A program made the position numbers and the translations under genes. A stretch of DNA of 64,000 bases, taken from assembly GCA_951406725.2 (NCBI GenBank), contig OX597819.1, positions 114,266,001 to 114,330,000 on the forward strand. The letters are read 5' to 3'. The notes below the pieces were generated by a model. The model had not been told where the DNA came from. It worked only from the letters and a program-made list of their open reading frames with translations, and ran no database searches. Shown here one piece after another: positions 26,410 through 41,354 of the stretch. The first letter of the stretch is position 1, and every line of letters begins with the position of its first letter. This DNA comes from Octopus vulgaris. Taxonomy: Eukaryota.

Positions 26410-26625
26410 TAGTCGTCGTCGTCGTCATCGTCATCGTTTAACGTCCGTTTTCCATGCTGGCATGGGTCGGACGGTTTGACTGAGATCTGGAGAGCCAGCG
26501 ACTGCACCAGGCTCCAATCTGGTCTGGCAGGGTTTCTACAGCTGGATGCCCTTCCTAACACCAACCACTCTGAGAGTGTAGTGGGTGCTTTTTACATGCC
26601 ACCAGCACAAGAGCCAGTCAGGCGG
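26410..26625 (-). mobile_element. Meta-SINE-like element
   Basis: Reverse copy with a (TCG/TCA)n tail. Confidence 0.75.
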
Positions 26626-27116
26626 ACCTGTATGTATATAGGAGTGTGTGTGTGTGCTGTATGTGTGTGATTGTGATTTCACTTCATTAGAAGAATTGCA
26701 ATTCTTTGTATCATTCAAATTTTGAATCAGTTTTATCATTAAAATTCTTTTATTCTTCTGATTTATCCACACATACATTCTCTTACTTCTTGTCTTTCTT
26801 TTATACACAACCATTTACTTTTATGCATTTCTCTTTCTCTCTCACACTCCGCCATTCACACTCAAATAAATAACATCCATTTCTTCTATCATACACAAGC
26901 ATACACACACACACTATCTATTTTCCCACACACATATAAACTCATACACTATTAACTTTGTCTCTTTTTTACACATACATATGCATCAGCTTTTTTTTTA
27001 CACACACCCCATCTATTCTTGTTGTTAGACACACATTTTCATTGTTTCTTTCTTTCTCTCTCTCTCTCTCCTGTACTCTTACTCATCCTCTAACTTTCAC
27101 TCCCTTTCATCTTCAG

Positions 27117-27367
27117 GATACCTCATATTTGGCTTGATCATGATGATGCTAACCCTGACAGTGATGTATGAGATTCCGGAACTGAACCTGGGCTTCCATT
27201 TCTACTTGAAGAGTGACCACAACCAAGAGGAGGAGAGGGCTATACTCCGTCCTGCAGACACACCACATGGGCCAAAATACACACAGCAAGTCGATGACGA
27301 CCCGAACTGTCAAATGAGGCCCGAGTTTACAGCTGTCAGTGCTGTTGACCAGTCAAACCTCAACTGA
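27117..27367 (+). CDS. KCNK1: TWIK/KCNK1-like K2P channel, last coding exon (M4 and C-terminus)
   Basis: Long pyrimidine tract, cttcag|GA TAC CTC, in frame with the previous exon: GYLIFGLIMMMLTLTVMYEIPELNLGFHFYLKSD.. TGA at 27365-27367. Confidence 0.93.
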
Positions 27368-28174
27368 TTCTGACGTTACCAACTGATCAACCCTCAACAT
27401 GCAACCATGCAACCACTGCTAACACCAACTGTGCAGCTACTCCTAATACCAACCATACAACCACCACTTACACTAACAGTACACACAGCAATCATAGAGC
27501 CACCCCTAACAAACAACAAGGGAGTCTATATGTGGTCGATTGAGCTGCTAGAAATATCAGACAAATTACTCTCAAACTACACCTTACAATCGTTAAAGCA
27601 AAAATACATTAGATAATTTGTCCAATACAAATCCCCCTACAAGTGTTGGATGGTCATGGTCAGACTGCTTTGATCATATGTCTGCTTGATCAGGGTAGAT
27701 TTGGGGTTAAATTCAGCCATACAGACACCCCTAACACTAACAACAACAATTATACAACCGTCCCTGCCAACAACATACAGCTATCTCTTACACTAACTCT
27801 TTAACCATCCTAACAACAACCGATATTAGCACAACCATGATTCCATCATTTGGTGAAAAACTGATTTAAGAAGGAGATGGTAAATGTATATGTATATATG
27901 TGTTTACTAAATGGTAAAGCAGGTTAGTTACTGCACAATTTTACCATTATGGATTAATCAAATGCTAACATATAGTTGAATGTATACCATTTGAATAATT
28001 CATGAATGTTGAAACTGCAATATGGGGAGCACAACTAACTTATTATATCCTTTGATGCACACATACACACACATGTGCACGTGTACATACACACGAGATG
28101 TAAAAATTGTAGATATAAGGAAATGATAGGCAAAGAAGGGGAAACAAAACGGAAGAAAGAAATATCCTATATAT

Positions 28175-29420
<1,246 letters not shown>

Positions 29421-29699
29421 TCTCTCTGTCTTCAAACCCAAGGTGGCAGTCATGTGGTGTGTAGCTTATATGTATGCATAACTTCTTCATCAATTGTACC
29501 TACATCCAGAACCTACCCACCTTTTATCTACCCAGCTTCCTTAAGTCCCTTCCTACACCTCAATGGATATTCTGCTTTTGTTTTCTCGTTTTCTGGGGTT
29601 TTTTTGTAATTTTTTCTTTTTAGTTTTTGATTATTTTTTTTTAAACATTCCTTTACATTCTAATTACTATTATTATTATTATTATTATTATTTTTGTTA

Positions 29700-29804
29700 A
29701 GATGGTGGAATGGCGAAAACTGATGCCTGACTAACACTGGGTTTGAATTAATTGTTGGTTCCTTTTCCTGCCCCTAAACCTGTGACCTTGAGCCAAAGTT
29801 AGAG

Positions 29805-29857
<53 letters not shown>

Positions 29858-30213
29858 GGTGGCAAGCTGACAGCGTTGTTAGTACACTGTCATATTCAGA
29901 CTTAAAATTTCTCCAAGGCCGACTTTGCCTTTCATCCTTTCAGATTTGATAAAATAAGTACCAGTGACGTACTGGGGTCGATATAATCAACTTCTCCCTC
30001 CTCTCAAAAAACTGCTGGCCCCGTGCCAAAATTTGCAACCATTATTATTAGTAGTAGTATTACTAGTATAATCTTCAACATTCAAGAGTCATGGAATGGC
30101 AGAAATTGTAGAACATTGGACTAAATACTGTTTAGTATTTAGTCTCACCTCTCTGGAATATGAGTTCAAATTCCTCTGGGGGTAATTTTGCTTTCATCCT
30201 TCCAGGGTTAACA

Positions 30214-30246
<33 letters not shown>

Positions 30247-31808
30247 CACATATTAATCATGTACAGAAGTTGAGTCTGTCAACAATATCCATCAATCTGT
30301 GTGACTTTGTGCCAAATTTATAAATCCTTGATATTGTTATTAGTATGGGCAAGGGTAATAATGGTTACGTAGACGACTCACTGCATTGCAATATTTAGTT
30401 TTGTTCTAAGGCGGCAAGCTGGCAGAAAGATTAGCACGCCGGGCGAACTGCTTAGCGGTATTTCGTCTGTCTTTACGTTCTGAGTTCAAATTCCGCCGAG
30501 GTCAACTTTGCCTTTCATCCTTTCAGGGTCGATAAATTAAGTACCAGTTGCATACTGGGGTCAATCTAATCGACTGGCGCCCTCCCCCAAAAATTTGGGT
30601 CTTGTGCCTAGAGTAGAAAAGAATATTTAGTTTTGTTCTACCAGTATCCAGGTTCAATTACTCAGAAATCTAATATTGTCTTTAGTCTCTCGGAAGATCA
30701 ATAATTTAAGTACTAGGCTTAACCTTTTTTACTTAGTCCTTAGCACACAATTACTATTAGCATACCGGGCAAAATGCTTAGCACCATTGCGTCCATCTTT
30801 ATGTTCTGAATTCAAATTCCACCAAGATTGACTTTGCCTTTCATCCATTCAGGGTTGATAAAATAAGTACCATTTGAACACTGGGAGTCACTGTAACTGA
30901 CTTACACCCTTCCTCTGAAATTGCTGGCCTTATGCCAAAATTTGAAACCATCATTATTATTACTACTACTATTATTCATCATCTATTATTATTATTATTA
31001 TTATTATTAAGGCAGTGAGCTGGTAGAATTATAAGCACGCAGGGCAAAATGCTTTGGAGCATTTTTTTCTGACTGTTTACATTCCGAGTTAAAATGCTGC
31101 TGAGGTTAACTTTGTCTTTTGGGGTCAATAAAATAAGTACCAGTAGAATACTGAGGTCAATGTAATCAACTTAATCCCTTCCCTAAAAATTAGTGGCCTT
31201 GTGCCAAAATTAGAAAGATTTATTATTATTATTAAGGCAGTGAAGAGCAAGCTGGCAGAATCATTAGAACGCCGGACACAATGCTTAGTGGTATTTCATC
31301 TGTCTTCACGTTCTGAGTTCAAATTCTGCCAAGGTCGGCTTTGCCTTTCATCCTTCTGGGGTTGATAAATCAAGTACCAGTTGAGTACTACTGGGGTTGA
31401 TATAATCAACTATCCCCTTCCCTCAAAATTTCAGGCCTTGTGCCTATAGTAGAAAGAATTATTAAGTTAGTGAACTGGTTGAATTATTTGCATATTGGAT
31501 AAATTGCTTACAGGCATTTATTCCAACACTTTACATTCTGGGTTCAAATCTTCAGTTTTGCCTTTCATTCCTTCTAGACCATTTACATATTGGGGTTGAT
31601 GCAATCAACTTACCCTCCCTCAAAACTGCTGGCATTGTGCCAAAATGATAAAGTTATTATTATTATTATTATTATTCTAAGTTCAAATTCTGCTGGGGTT
31701 GACTTTGCCTTAAGTACCAGTTGAGTACTGGGGTTGATGTAATTGACTTAACCCCTTGCCCCAAGTTTCAGGCCTTGTACCTATAGTTGAAAGGATTTTT
31801 ATTATTAC

Positions 31809-31851
<43 letters not shown>

Positions 31852-32436
31852 GCTGTTGTGTTATGGGTTGGCTGAATCATTAGAGTACAGAATGACACAC
31901 TATATTTAGCTGAGTGCATTCCTTGACATTCTGAGCTCAAATCATGCTAGAGTTGATATTATTAACTGTTCCCTCCCATAAAATTTGAGACTTTGCATCT
32001 AATTAGGAGGAGGAGGAAGAGTATGGTGGTAGAGTGTCAGAATTGGTAGAGCATCAGACTAAATCTAAATACTCTGTGAGAGTTAGCTGTGTTCCTATAT
32101 ATTTTGTATTTAAATTTTGTCCTCATGTCAACTTTAATTTTCATATATGAATCATTTAAAATAAGCAAGGTCAAGTAACTGGAGTTGGTGAAATTGACTG
32201 AGAACCCCACCTCCTACTTGTAGCCTACATTAGAAATATGGTGGTGATACAATTAGCAGTGCAGCAAACAACATAGGGAAAACTAGAGAGTCTTCATTGT
32301 GAGTTCAAATCTCACCGGTCACTCTTTTACTTTCTACCTCTGATGCAACATATAGCAATATGATGTTGCTATATGTTCAATAAATATATTGTTCCTCTAT
32401 ATACAATTAATCATAGTGTCTAGTCAAAAGAAGAAA

Positions 32437-32486
<50 letters not shown>

Positions 32487-34150
32487 GGTAGTAAGCTGGC
32501 AGAATCATTAGCATGGCAGGCAAAATACTTTGGGGCATTTCATTTGCCTTTACGGTTTGAGTTCAAATTCCGCCAAGGTCAACTTCGCCTCTCATCCTTT
32601 TAGGATTGATTAAATAAGTACCAGTTATGCATTGGGGTCGATGTAATTGACTTAATCCATTTGTCCTTGTCTGTCCCCTCTATGTTTAGACCCCTGTGGG
32701 CAGTAAAGAAATAAATATAATTAACTATATACCCCACCTGCCCACTTCCAAATATCAGGCCTTGTATATATAAGAAATAATAATTATTTTAGTTACAATC
32801 ATCTAGCTTTCAACAACAGTGTAGAAGAAAATCTTAATCAGTGTCAAGTTCATAGCTGAGGGAGATTGTCCAAGAATTACATTGATAAGGCCTTCAGAAA
32901 AAGACTTGAATGTTACTAGCTCTCCTTTTCTCTTTTCTTATAACAACATTGTTATAAAGAAAGAAAACATTATTACCTCTGCTTTAGCGAAGGCAGAGGT
33001 ATTGTTTTCAGTCGTGTTTGTTTGTTTGTCCCTGAACAAGATATCTCAAGAACTGCTGGATGGATTTGGATGAAACTTTCAGGGATGTCTAGCCTCGTGA
33101 CTGGCACAAACTGATTAGATTTTGCGATCAATCCGGTACCAGACAATGATTCTGGATTATTTTTCCTGTTTTTTTTACTTAATATTTGAGAGTGGTTGAG
33201 TTCATTTTTAGTATTCTCGTTTGTGAGAGCAGTCGAGTTCATTTCAGATATTCTCATTTTAAAAATCATCTCTGGTTAATCATTGAAAGGATGCTGGTGT
33301 TGCCTTGGCAGAGGTTTGTGCTCTCTGAATGCTCTTATCATTATAGTCATGGTGGTGAATGACAGAGTTGGTTAAGGGGCAAGCAATATTCAGTTATATA
33401 TTTTTACATTCCAAGTCCAAACCTTATCATGATTGTCTTTGCCCCCTCAATTCCCCATTTTTTCCCTTCTTTTATTTCCTTTTTTTTTTCGTTTTAAGAA
33501 GTAAAAGAGGAGTATCCATGACCCTTTTTCAAGGCTTCTGTGATTGGTAGGAGGAAGGGAATAAGTTATCCTTAAATCAGAGACCTGACTCAAATGCTTA
33601 CAACAAAGTGAACTCTGCTAAAAGTACCCATGGTCCAGGTGGTGAAGATGGCAAACAGCGGTATCATCCTTCTGGGGTGGATAAAATAAATACCTGTCAT
33701 ACTGAAAGTTCATATAATTGACTGCTCCTCATAGGCCATGTGCCTTTGTTTAAAAAAATCATTTTTTGATGTTTATGTTGTGGAGCAAGCACCATAGAGT
33801 AGAAGAAAGTTGCAAGTTCTTGGAAGGGGTTTCAGTTCCCAGTCAGAACTGCTTCATTTCACCTTAAATCACTAAAACTTTTGGAAAGGTATTAATGTTA
33901 AAACATTTCTCTTAAGATTCTTCCTTTGCCCTAAAAATCTCAGGCTTTGTGCCTGCATAAGAAACCATTATTATTATCATTATTTCGTTGTTGCTGCTGT
34001 TGTTGTTGTTGAAGGTGGTGAAAATGGACGAGACACAAAAACGACTGTTTGGTCGAAGTGAATTCAACAGTATTTAGTTTTCTCCCCCACTTTCATTCCA
34101 AGTTCAAATTCTACTAGGGGAGGAGTTGATGAAATAAGAACCAGTAAATA
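29700..34150 (+). mobile_element. Cluster of co-oriented family-B SINEs separated by (TTA)n
   Basis: At least ten gagttcaaatt..tttgcctttcatcc..aagtaccag units (about 29860, 30100, 30410, 30760, 31010, 31250, 31470, 31680, 32490, 33660). Confidence 0.8.
32971..33336 (+). mobile_element. Helentron-associated non-autonomous element (DINE-1/HINE-like)
   Basis: 5' ttattacctctgc..gcagaggt hairpin, (GTTT)n microsatellite, 3' ggcagaggt sub-terminal repeat and a terminal stem-loop. Confidence 0.65.
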
Positions 34151-34640
34151 TTGCTAGAATGTGGGGTAGGTGTCAACTTTGTCTATTGTAGCCCTTTCTT
34201 TTTGCCTACACCTGCAAAAAAAGTTGGCCTTGTATTGAGTTTCAAAAAAGAGAAATATTGGTATGTTGTTGTTGGTGGTGGTTTTCTTGTCAAGATTGTT
34301 TAAATAAAGCCAGTAGCAACAACAACAATAAATATTGAGGGGAAAAAAAAAGTAAGAAAGAAAGATAGCACTAAAAGAGAAGAGAATGAAAAAAAAAAAG
34401 AACCACAAAGAGAACCATGTAAAAGATCTGCTAGAAATAGCAGTCAAATCTCGCCAGTGATTGTCAAAAGCCAGACCAAAAAATAAGCTTTGCAGTCAAA
34501 ACATTTTAACATTATTATTAATATTAAGAAATACAAGACTTTAATTTATTGAATATTTTTTTCATGTATGTGCATGCATATATATATATATAAACGGCGG
34601 TGCATCAGCATGGCTGCAGCTCTGAGCTGAAACTAGAAAA

Positions 34641-34688
<48 letters not shown>

Positions 34689-35139
34689 TTACATACACAC
34701 ACATGTATAGACATAATGTATATACACAGTTGTGTTTATAAATATACATATATACACACATAAAAATAATTGTCTATGAAAATGCATACACATATATACA
34801 CGCATGTATGCATTTTATATATACACATATATATATAATATATATGAGTGTGTATATATATTTATATACGTGTATACACACATACTTGCATGTCTGTTTT
34901 TGTTTTCCTTTTTGTATTTATTGTTTGTCTTTTGTTCCAAATTCTTTTTTTTTTTTTTTAATGTATTTGTGTCAGTTTGTTCTTATTTACCAGATTTACT
35001 GCTGCGAGACGTAACCTCTCCTCCCTGCCCCACTGTTACCTTCTGACATGTCATGTCGAAGAAAAGATATTAATTAAAGAAATAAAATAATGAATATTTT
35101 AAAAAGACCCACAGCATTTTTCTTCTTCTTCCATTGTTT

Positions 35140-35560
35140 TGTTATGGCATTCCATGCAACAATTTCTTTTTCGGCCTTCCCATGTGACAATTTTTATTTT
35201 GGGATTCTTATACGGCAACTTATGTCATAGCACTCCCATGGAAATTTCTATGTTGTCACATCCATGTGGCAATTTCTGTCTTAGCACTTACTCCCATGCA
35301 GCAATTTCTATCTTGTCATTCCCATGTAACAATTTCTGTCTTGTCACTACCATATGGCTTTCTCTATCTTGGCACTTCCATGAGGCAATTTTTATCATGG
35401 CACTCCATGTGACAATTTCTGCTTTGAAACTTGCATGTAGCAATTTCTTTCTTGAAACCACATGTCAAAATTACCTTCTTGAAACTCCCATGTCACAATT
35501 TCTGATGAGGAAACTCCTACATGGAAATTTCTGTCTTGGCTTTCCCATGTGGCAATTTCT
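35140..35560. repeat. Degenerate ~30-bp minisatellite
   Basis: About 13 units of ccatgtgacaatttct..ttggcact. Confidence 0.8.
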
Positions 35561-36352
35561 ATTTTACTCTACATTGTCTCTTCACATGAACAAGAGCCTC
35601 TCTCTATTGTCACTTGATCTGTTAGAAACAACAACCAAATCCTTCCTCCTCAAAATCAACCCTTACTGTTTTGACCCTTTAGTGTTCAGATTAATTGGTT
35701 AAATGTAATGCTTATTTATTTGTGTTTTAAATCAATCATGAATTGTATTGAAGCTTTGAGATCTCAGTGATGTGATTGTTTATTTTTCGAATGTCATTGT
35801 AGAATAGGTGTGAGAGGCTGGATCCAGTCAGTTTGAATGCAAAGCAGGTAGAATTTTGACCAGTTTAAAGTTTATCCCTGATTTGGAGTTAAACAACACA
35901 GGATACCTTGTAATAAAGTACACAGAATGTAGAAACATCACTTGACAGCACAACAGTTTTATGTACAATTAAAAACTAAAGAGAATTACATTATTTACAT
36001 TTGACGGATATTTGTCCTGCTCATGAATTATACAGAAGCCTTACTGATAGCAAAATACAAACCAAAAATCAGGAAATCCATCAGGACTTAATTTCTGTAT
36101 AATTTTTTTTTAACCCAGTGTTGATGACCTTGTCTATTACAACAGTATTCCCATGAACTTAACTTCAGTGTATCATCACTACACTATGATGAGGTAGTGA
36201 ATGTCTTCAATTATCAATGAACTAATGGATTTAGGAATGCTATTATTCCAGACTAAATTTAAAGGACTAGTAAGGAAATAGGAAAAATACTTGTTAAGTT
36301 AAACTTGACCATAGTTTGTTTCTAATATATTTAAATGAAACGCCTTTCCCTG

Positions 36353-36574
36353 CATAGTAACCCCCTTGCCATATCGCAGTTCACCTACCACGGTTTATTA
36401 TTTAAGCTTACATCGATTCCTCTCTGGTGTTGTTTTGCATTTTTAATAAAATTAATATATACAAATTATAAAAAATAATTAAAAAAATACACCACAGTAC
36501 CATTTCTACTTCAAGGATTTCACTTATCATGGGGATTTTGGAATGTACCACTCACAATAGTCGAGGGATTACTG
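36353..36574. mobile_element. Tigger-derived MITE
   Basis: Ends agtaacccc.. and ..gagggattactg|ta; the right end matches the Tigger terminus at 466-520. Confidence 0.6.
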
Positions 36575-37239
36575 TACACACACACACACACGTTTTAGTC
36601 ATTACTGGAGTGTTGCTGTGAAGTGTCCAGTTGGTTAAATCAAACCCAGTATTCCTTTTAATGAATACTGGGTTTGATATTTAGTCTGATCCCCCAGCAC
36701 CATTTCCCCTTTTCTAGTTTCATTCTTTGCCCCACAACACTCTAATTTGCAGCTTTGATACTCAAGTGGGGCTTAAACAGTAGTGTACTTCTGTCCAGTA
36801 CTGTCCTCCCTTTTTATGCCATTATTTTCACCTCTCAGCTTCCAACCCACTTTACTGCACTTCCCTACCATTTTTCTCTATTCTCTGCAGAAGGAGAAGA
36901 ATCAAAAATGCTAGACTTACAACTCCTTGAAGAAAATGAACTTCAAACTCCTTTGGATAAATTCTTGAGGTAGACGCTTCGTCAATTTCTTCTGATTCTG
37001 CACTGTATACAACAGTGGATTAAGCCTTAAAACATTTCTTGACAAGAAAATAATTTGCCAATTCTAGATTTAGGGTAGGCATTAATTAACAAAGCAAGTA
37101 ACTATGTCTTTTCATATTGAAGCTAATGAGAATAAAAAAAAGTTGAAACACCAAACTACATCTGACATTTCATGGATTACTGTTGGCTGTCAGTGCCCAC
37201 CAAATGTACATGTTATCATCCATATCCCATTCTATACAA

Positions 37240-37590
37240 AACACTTCACTCAATCTTTACTCTCTATTCGCTCAGTCGAAGTCGACTCTCGGTCACTCTT
37301 CATGGTGTCAAGCCAGCGGGTTCTTGGTCGGCCTCTTCCTCTCTTGCCACTGACCATTCTGAGCATGATGTCCTCCAGGGATTTTCTCCGCATAATATGA
37401 CCGAAATATACCAATCTATGCTTGGTGATCCTAGCTTCTAGCGACATTTTCAGCCTTATCTGCTTAAGAACTTCTCCATTGGTAAGCCTCGCTGTCCATG
37501 GAATCCGTAAAAGTCTTCTCCAACACCAAAGCTCGAATGCATTAATTCTCTTCTGGTCAGCTTTCTTTAGTGTCCAGGTCTCGCAATCTT
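37240..37590 (-). mobile_element. RTE/BovB-like LINE 3' fragment
   Basis: CETWTLKKADQKRINAFELWCWRRLLRIPWTAR..GKRGRGRPRTRWLD. Confidence 0.9.
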
Positions 37591-38174
37591 TACAGGAGTA
37601 CATATATCTAGAACACATATAGGCCAGTGAAGACCTGAAAAAGTCCTAGTTGAACACCAATTGTATCAATTATGTTTAACTTGAACTTTTACCCTTTGGG
37701 AGTTTCAGGGAGCTGAAGTTCTAGAGTATGTTTAGTGCAGGAGCTTGTAGACTAAAAAGATAGAGAGGTAAGTGCATTAGGCTGAGCTTTTTCAAGGACT
37801 GAAGGTTAGTGAAAGGAGTGGCTTGACAAGGAAACTAAATCCCAACTCTTGAGCAATATACTCATAAATAATGTCATCCTACTAAGTGGTTTTATCCACT
37901 GAACTGGTTACAATAGCTTAAAGTCAGGAAATGTTTCTTGATATATAAAAATCATTTATTTCCAAGCAATTAATCACCTAAACTAGGTGCAGGAGTGGCT
38001 GTGTGGTAAAGAACGATGTTATAGAGAAGCAGAGGGTCGACAGGCACTTTCTGTCTTCTCCCATCTTTATCATCCTGTATTATTATCATTCGCCTCATGA
38101 ATGTCTTGTCCAGCCCGCAAAACTACCCATCTTTGTACTGCTTCTATGGCAAATTTGATAAAATAAAGTAGCTG

Positions 38175-38347
38175 TAGGTGCAGGAGCGGCTGTGTGGTAA
38201 GTAGCTTGCTTACCAACCACATGGTACTGGGTTCAGTCCCACTGTGTGGCATCTTGGGCAGGTGTCTTCTACTATAGCCTCGGGCTGACCAAAGCCTTGT
38301 GAGTGGATTTGGTAGACAGAAACTGAAGGAAGCCCGTCGTATATAAG

Positions 38348-38378
<31 letters not shown>

Positions 38379-38560
38379 ATATGTTTGTGTCTGTGTTTGT
38401 CCCACCAACATCGCTTGACAACTGATGCTGGTGTGCATCCCTGTAACTTAGCGGTTCAGCAAAAGAGACTGATAGAATAAGTCCCGAGGTCGATTTGCTT
38501 GACTAAAGGCGCTGCTCCATCATGACAGCAGTCAAATGACTGAAACAAGTAAAAGAGTAA
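38175..38560 (+). mobile_element. tRNA-derived SINE, family A
   Basis: Same family as 7338-7795. Confidence 0.85.
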
Positions 38561-39254
38561 ACTTTTGAACTAATAGTTTTTAAGTAAAGAAATATTTGAG
38601 TAATATAGTTTGCATTCCTGAAGGCCAACTAAACTAGAGCCTAAAACTGGTGATCAAACTATTTTCTTATATCAAAACATGTATGAACAACCAATGGAAA
38701 ACTCCATCTGAAAAAAGAAAAAAATTTGTTCACTTTGAAAGAAAAGATAATGGAAAATAAGGCTTCATTGTACAAAACATAATTGTATTTGATGCATTTA
38801 ATAGATTTCCAAGTTATGCGATGTAGTGATAGGATAAGAGAATATATAACGGTTTTATAGGAATATAAAATATGTTTATATAATGTAAAATCAAATAGAA
38901 TTTCTGTATTTTCATTTAAAAAGAAATTTAAAAACTACAATTGCATGTTAGTATGTACAGGTTAGTTTTTTTTTTTTAAATATAGGAATAATTCCTTAGA
39001 TACAAATCCACATTTTCTGATATATATACCATCTTTATTGTAATAAATTATGGCTATATATTATCAGGTTTCGCCTATAAAGGGATAAAAACAGAAAAAG
39101 GAAAAGAAAAAAAAACAATGGTTTTTAACACCATGAGTCAAAAAGCATTAGTCTAAGGGAGATAACTGCTATCAACACTAAAAATGTGTTTTTTTTTGCG
39201 ATATATTTAAATCAGCTTATAAAGCATAAAAATTCAGTGTGTGTGGAGAGAGAG

Positions 39255-39304
<50 letters not shown>

Positions 39305-40507
39305 TAAACTATTTTGAAGCATGATTAAACAAAGTACTTTTAAGATTAATTCTGTTGCTGTTTAGCCCCCAAGCCAACCAACCTATTGGTTGAAGCCATG
39401 ACCATCCAATCCTTCACTCATGCACTGAGTATCTAGGACTACACTATCCACTGCATCCTATCCTTTTCATGACAGAGTATATTTCGGAACTATTAGGCTG
39501 CTACTTCTAGCAGACCAAATAACCACAAAAAACTCTTTTGCTGGTCTGTTGTGATTACTGGAGGATACACTTCCTCTGATTGACAAGAAGTGGTCAGATA
39601 AAAAAAGCTCTGTTCTCTCAGTCTTGTCCACTACTGCCATGAAACAAGAAAACTGTTTGGCTTTTCTTCCCAGAAAAGGTAGCAGGACTCAACTAAGTCA
39701 TATTCATCCTGTGTGGCAACAGTTGTATAGAATAACTCCACAATTTAACAATGCTCAGAAACTGAACTAGCATAACTTTTAATCCTTGTAAGAAATTGGC
39801 ATCCCATTCAGGATAGAATCATGTACTTTCAGTCACTTAAACACCACAGAATCTAGGATAAACCCTGGCCAAAGAGACCTACAAACCCATAGCAGGCAGT
39901 GATTAAGTCATTGGCTCACATTAGAATCTAGATTTAATTCTCAGACAGAGAAGGCAGTTCATTTCACATCACATTGTTCCAGTACTCTTGGCTGAAAGAA
40001 TACCAAACCCTACAACAGACTGACATTTCATTTTTCTCTACTTAAACTTTGAAAATAAGGATAAGCTCTAGATTTACGATCCTGCAGACAGGTTCAGGGA
40101 AGACCCTTTTTTTAAAATTTAATAAACACTAGCTCAAGTCCTCTGGAAAAGACTGCTCAGTTGATCTTCATTCATGCCCAGAATGTACTTCAGAAATTTG
40201 ACACATGACTGTCACTAACCCTCTAGAGAATGCAAGAGTTAATATTGAATTAGCTGCTTCATTAGAACACTGGGCAAAATACGTAGTGGCATTTTAGTCT
40301 GTCTTTACATCCTGGGTTCAAATGCCTCCAAGATCAACTTCATCTTTCATCCTTTCGGAGTTGATGAAATAAGTACCAGTTGATCAATGGGGATGATTTG
40401 ATTTAGTCCCTATCCTGGAATTGCTAACCTTGTGCCAAAATTTGAAGCCAATGTTGAATTAGCTGCATTAGGTAACTGGTAGAAAGTAGTGAGCACTTGA
40501 AAATCTA

Positions 40508-41354
40508 CAAGGTAGTATCAAAAAGTTACTGGACTAGTTCTATGGTGTGTCAACAGATGGGAGCACACAGTTGCAAGTGCAGTGTGAACTAGCAGTGACC
40601 ATCACAAAGTAGTGTGCTGTGTTTACTTCGTAAGTTGTGATATTTGTGCTTTTGTGATCATGTGTATACTGTAGTTCACAATTTTTGTCATGGACAGGAA
40701 CAAAGAGCCAACATGAAATTTTGTGTTAAACCTGGGAAGTCTGCTACAGAGACGTTGAACATGCTTCGGCAAGCTTACAGTGATGAGGCAGTGTTTCGAG
40801 TGGCATGGGTGCTTCAAAAGCAGACAACAGAGCCACAGCTCAATCAAGAGTATACTCATTGTTTTCTTCAACATGCATAGTATTGTGTATCAAGAATTCA
40901 TCTCCCAGGGTCAGATTGTCATGCAAGAGTTCTACTACGACATTTTGAAGTGGTTTGGGGGATGGGGGGGCATTCGGAGCTTGAAAAATTGGATTTCTTC
41001 AAGACAATAATGCAACCCGTCACCACACCCATTAAATAATATGGTGTTGCATTCACATCTGCACTATTCATCAGATTTAGTGCCAGCAGACTTCCATCTC
41101 CTAATCAAGATGAAAATGCAGCTCAAAGGTCACAGTTTTAATGCCATTGTGGAGATCAAGAATGAATTGCAGAAAGTCCTTGACTCACTTACAGAAAATG
41201 ACTTCCAGGCCAGATTCCAAAAGTAGCAGGAATGCAGGGATTGGTGTGTTGCTACACAATTTGACTATTTCAAAGGAGATGACGTTAAAACTTAGGTAAA
41301 TAAGTTATTTTTTATTAAACATAACTGGTCTGGGAACTTTTTGATACCACTTCC
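40508..41354 (+). mobile_element. Internally deleted mariner DNA transposon
   Basis: TA|caaggtagtatcaaaaagtt.. and ..aactttttgataccacttcc|TA TIRs. Transposase remnants EQRANMKFCVKPGKSATETLNML and YSSDLVPADFHL (YSPDLAPSD motif). Confidence 0.9.
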
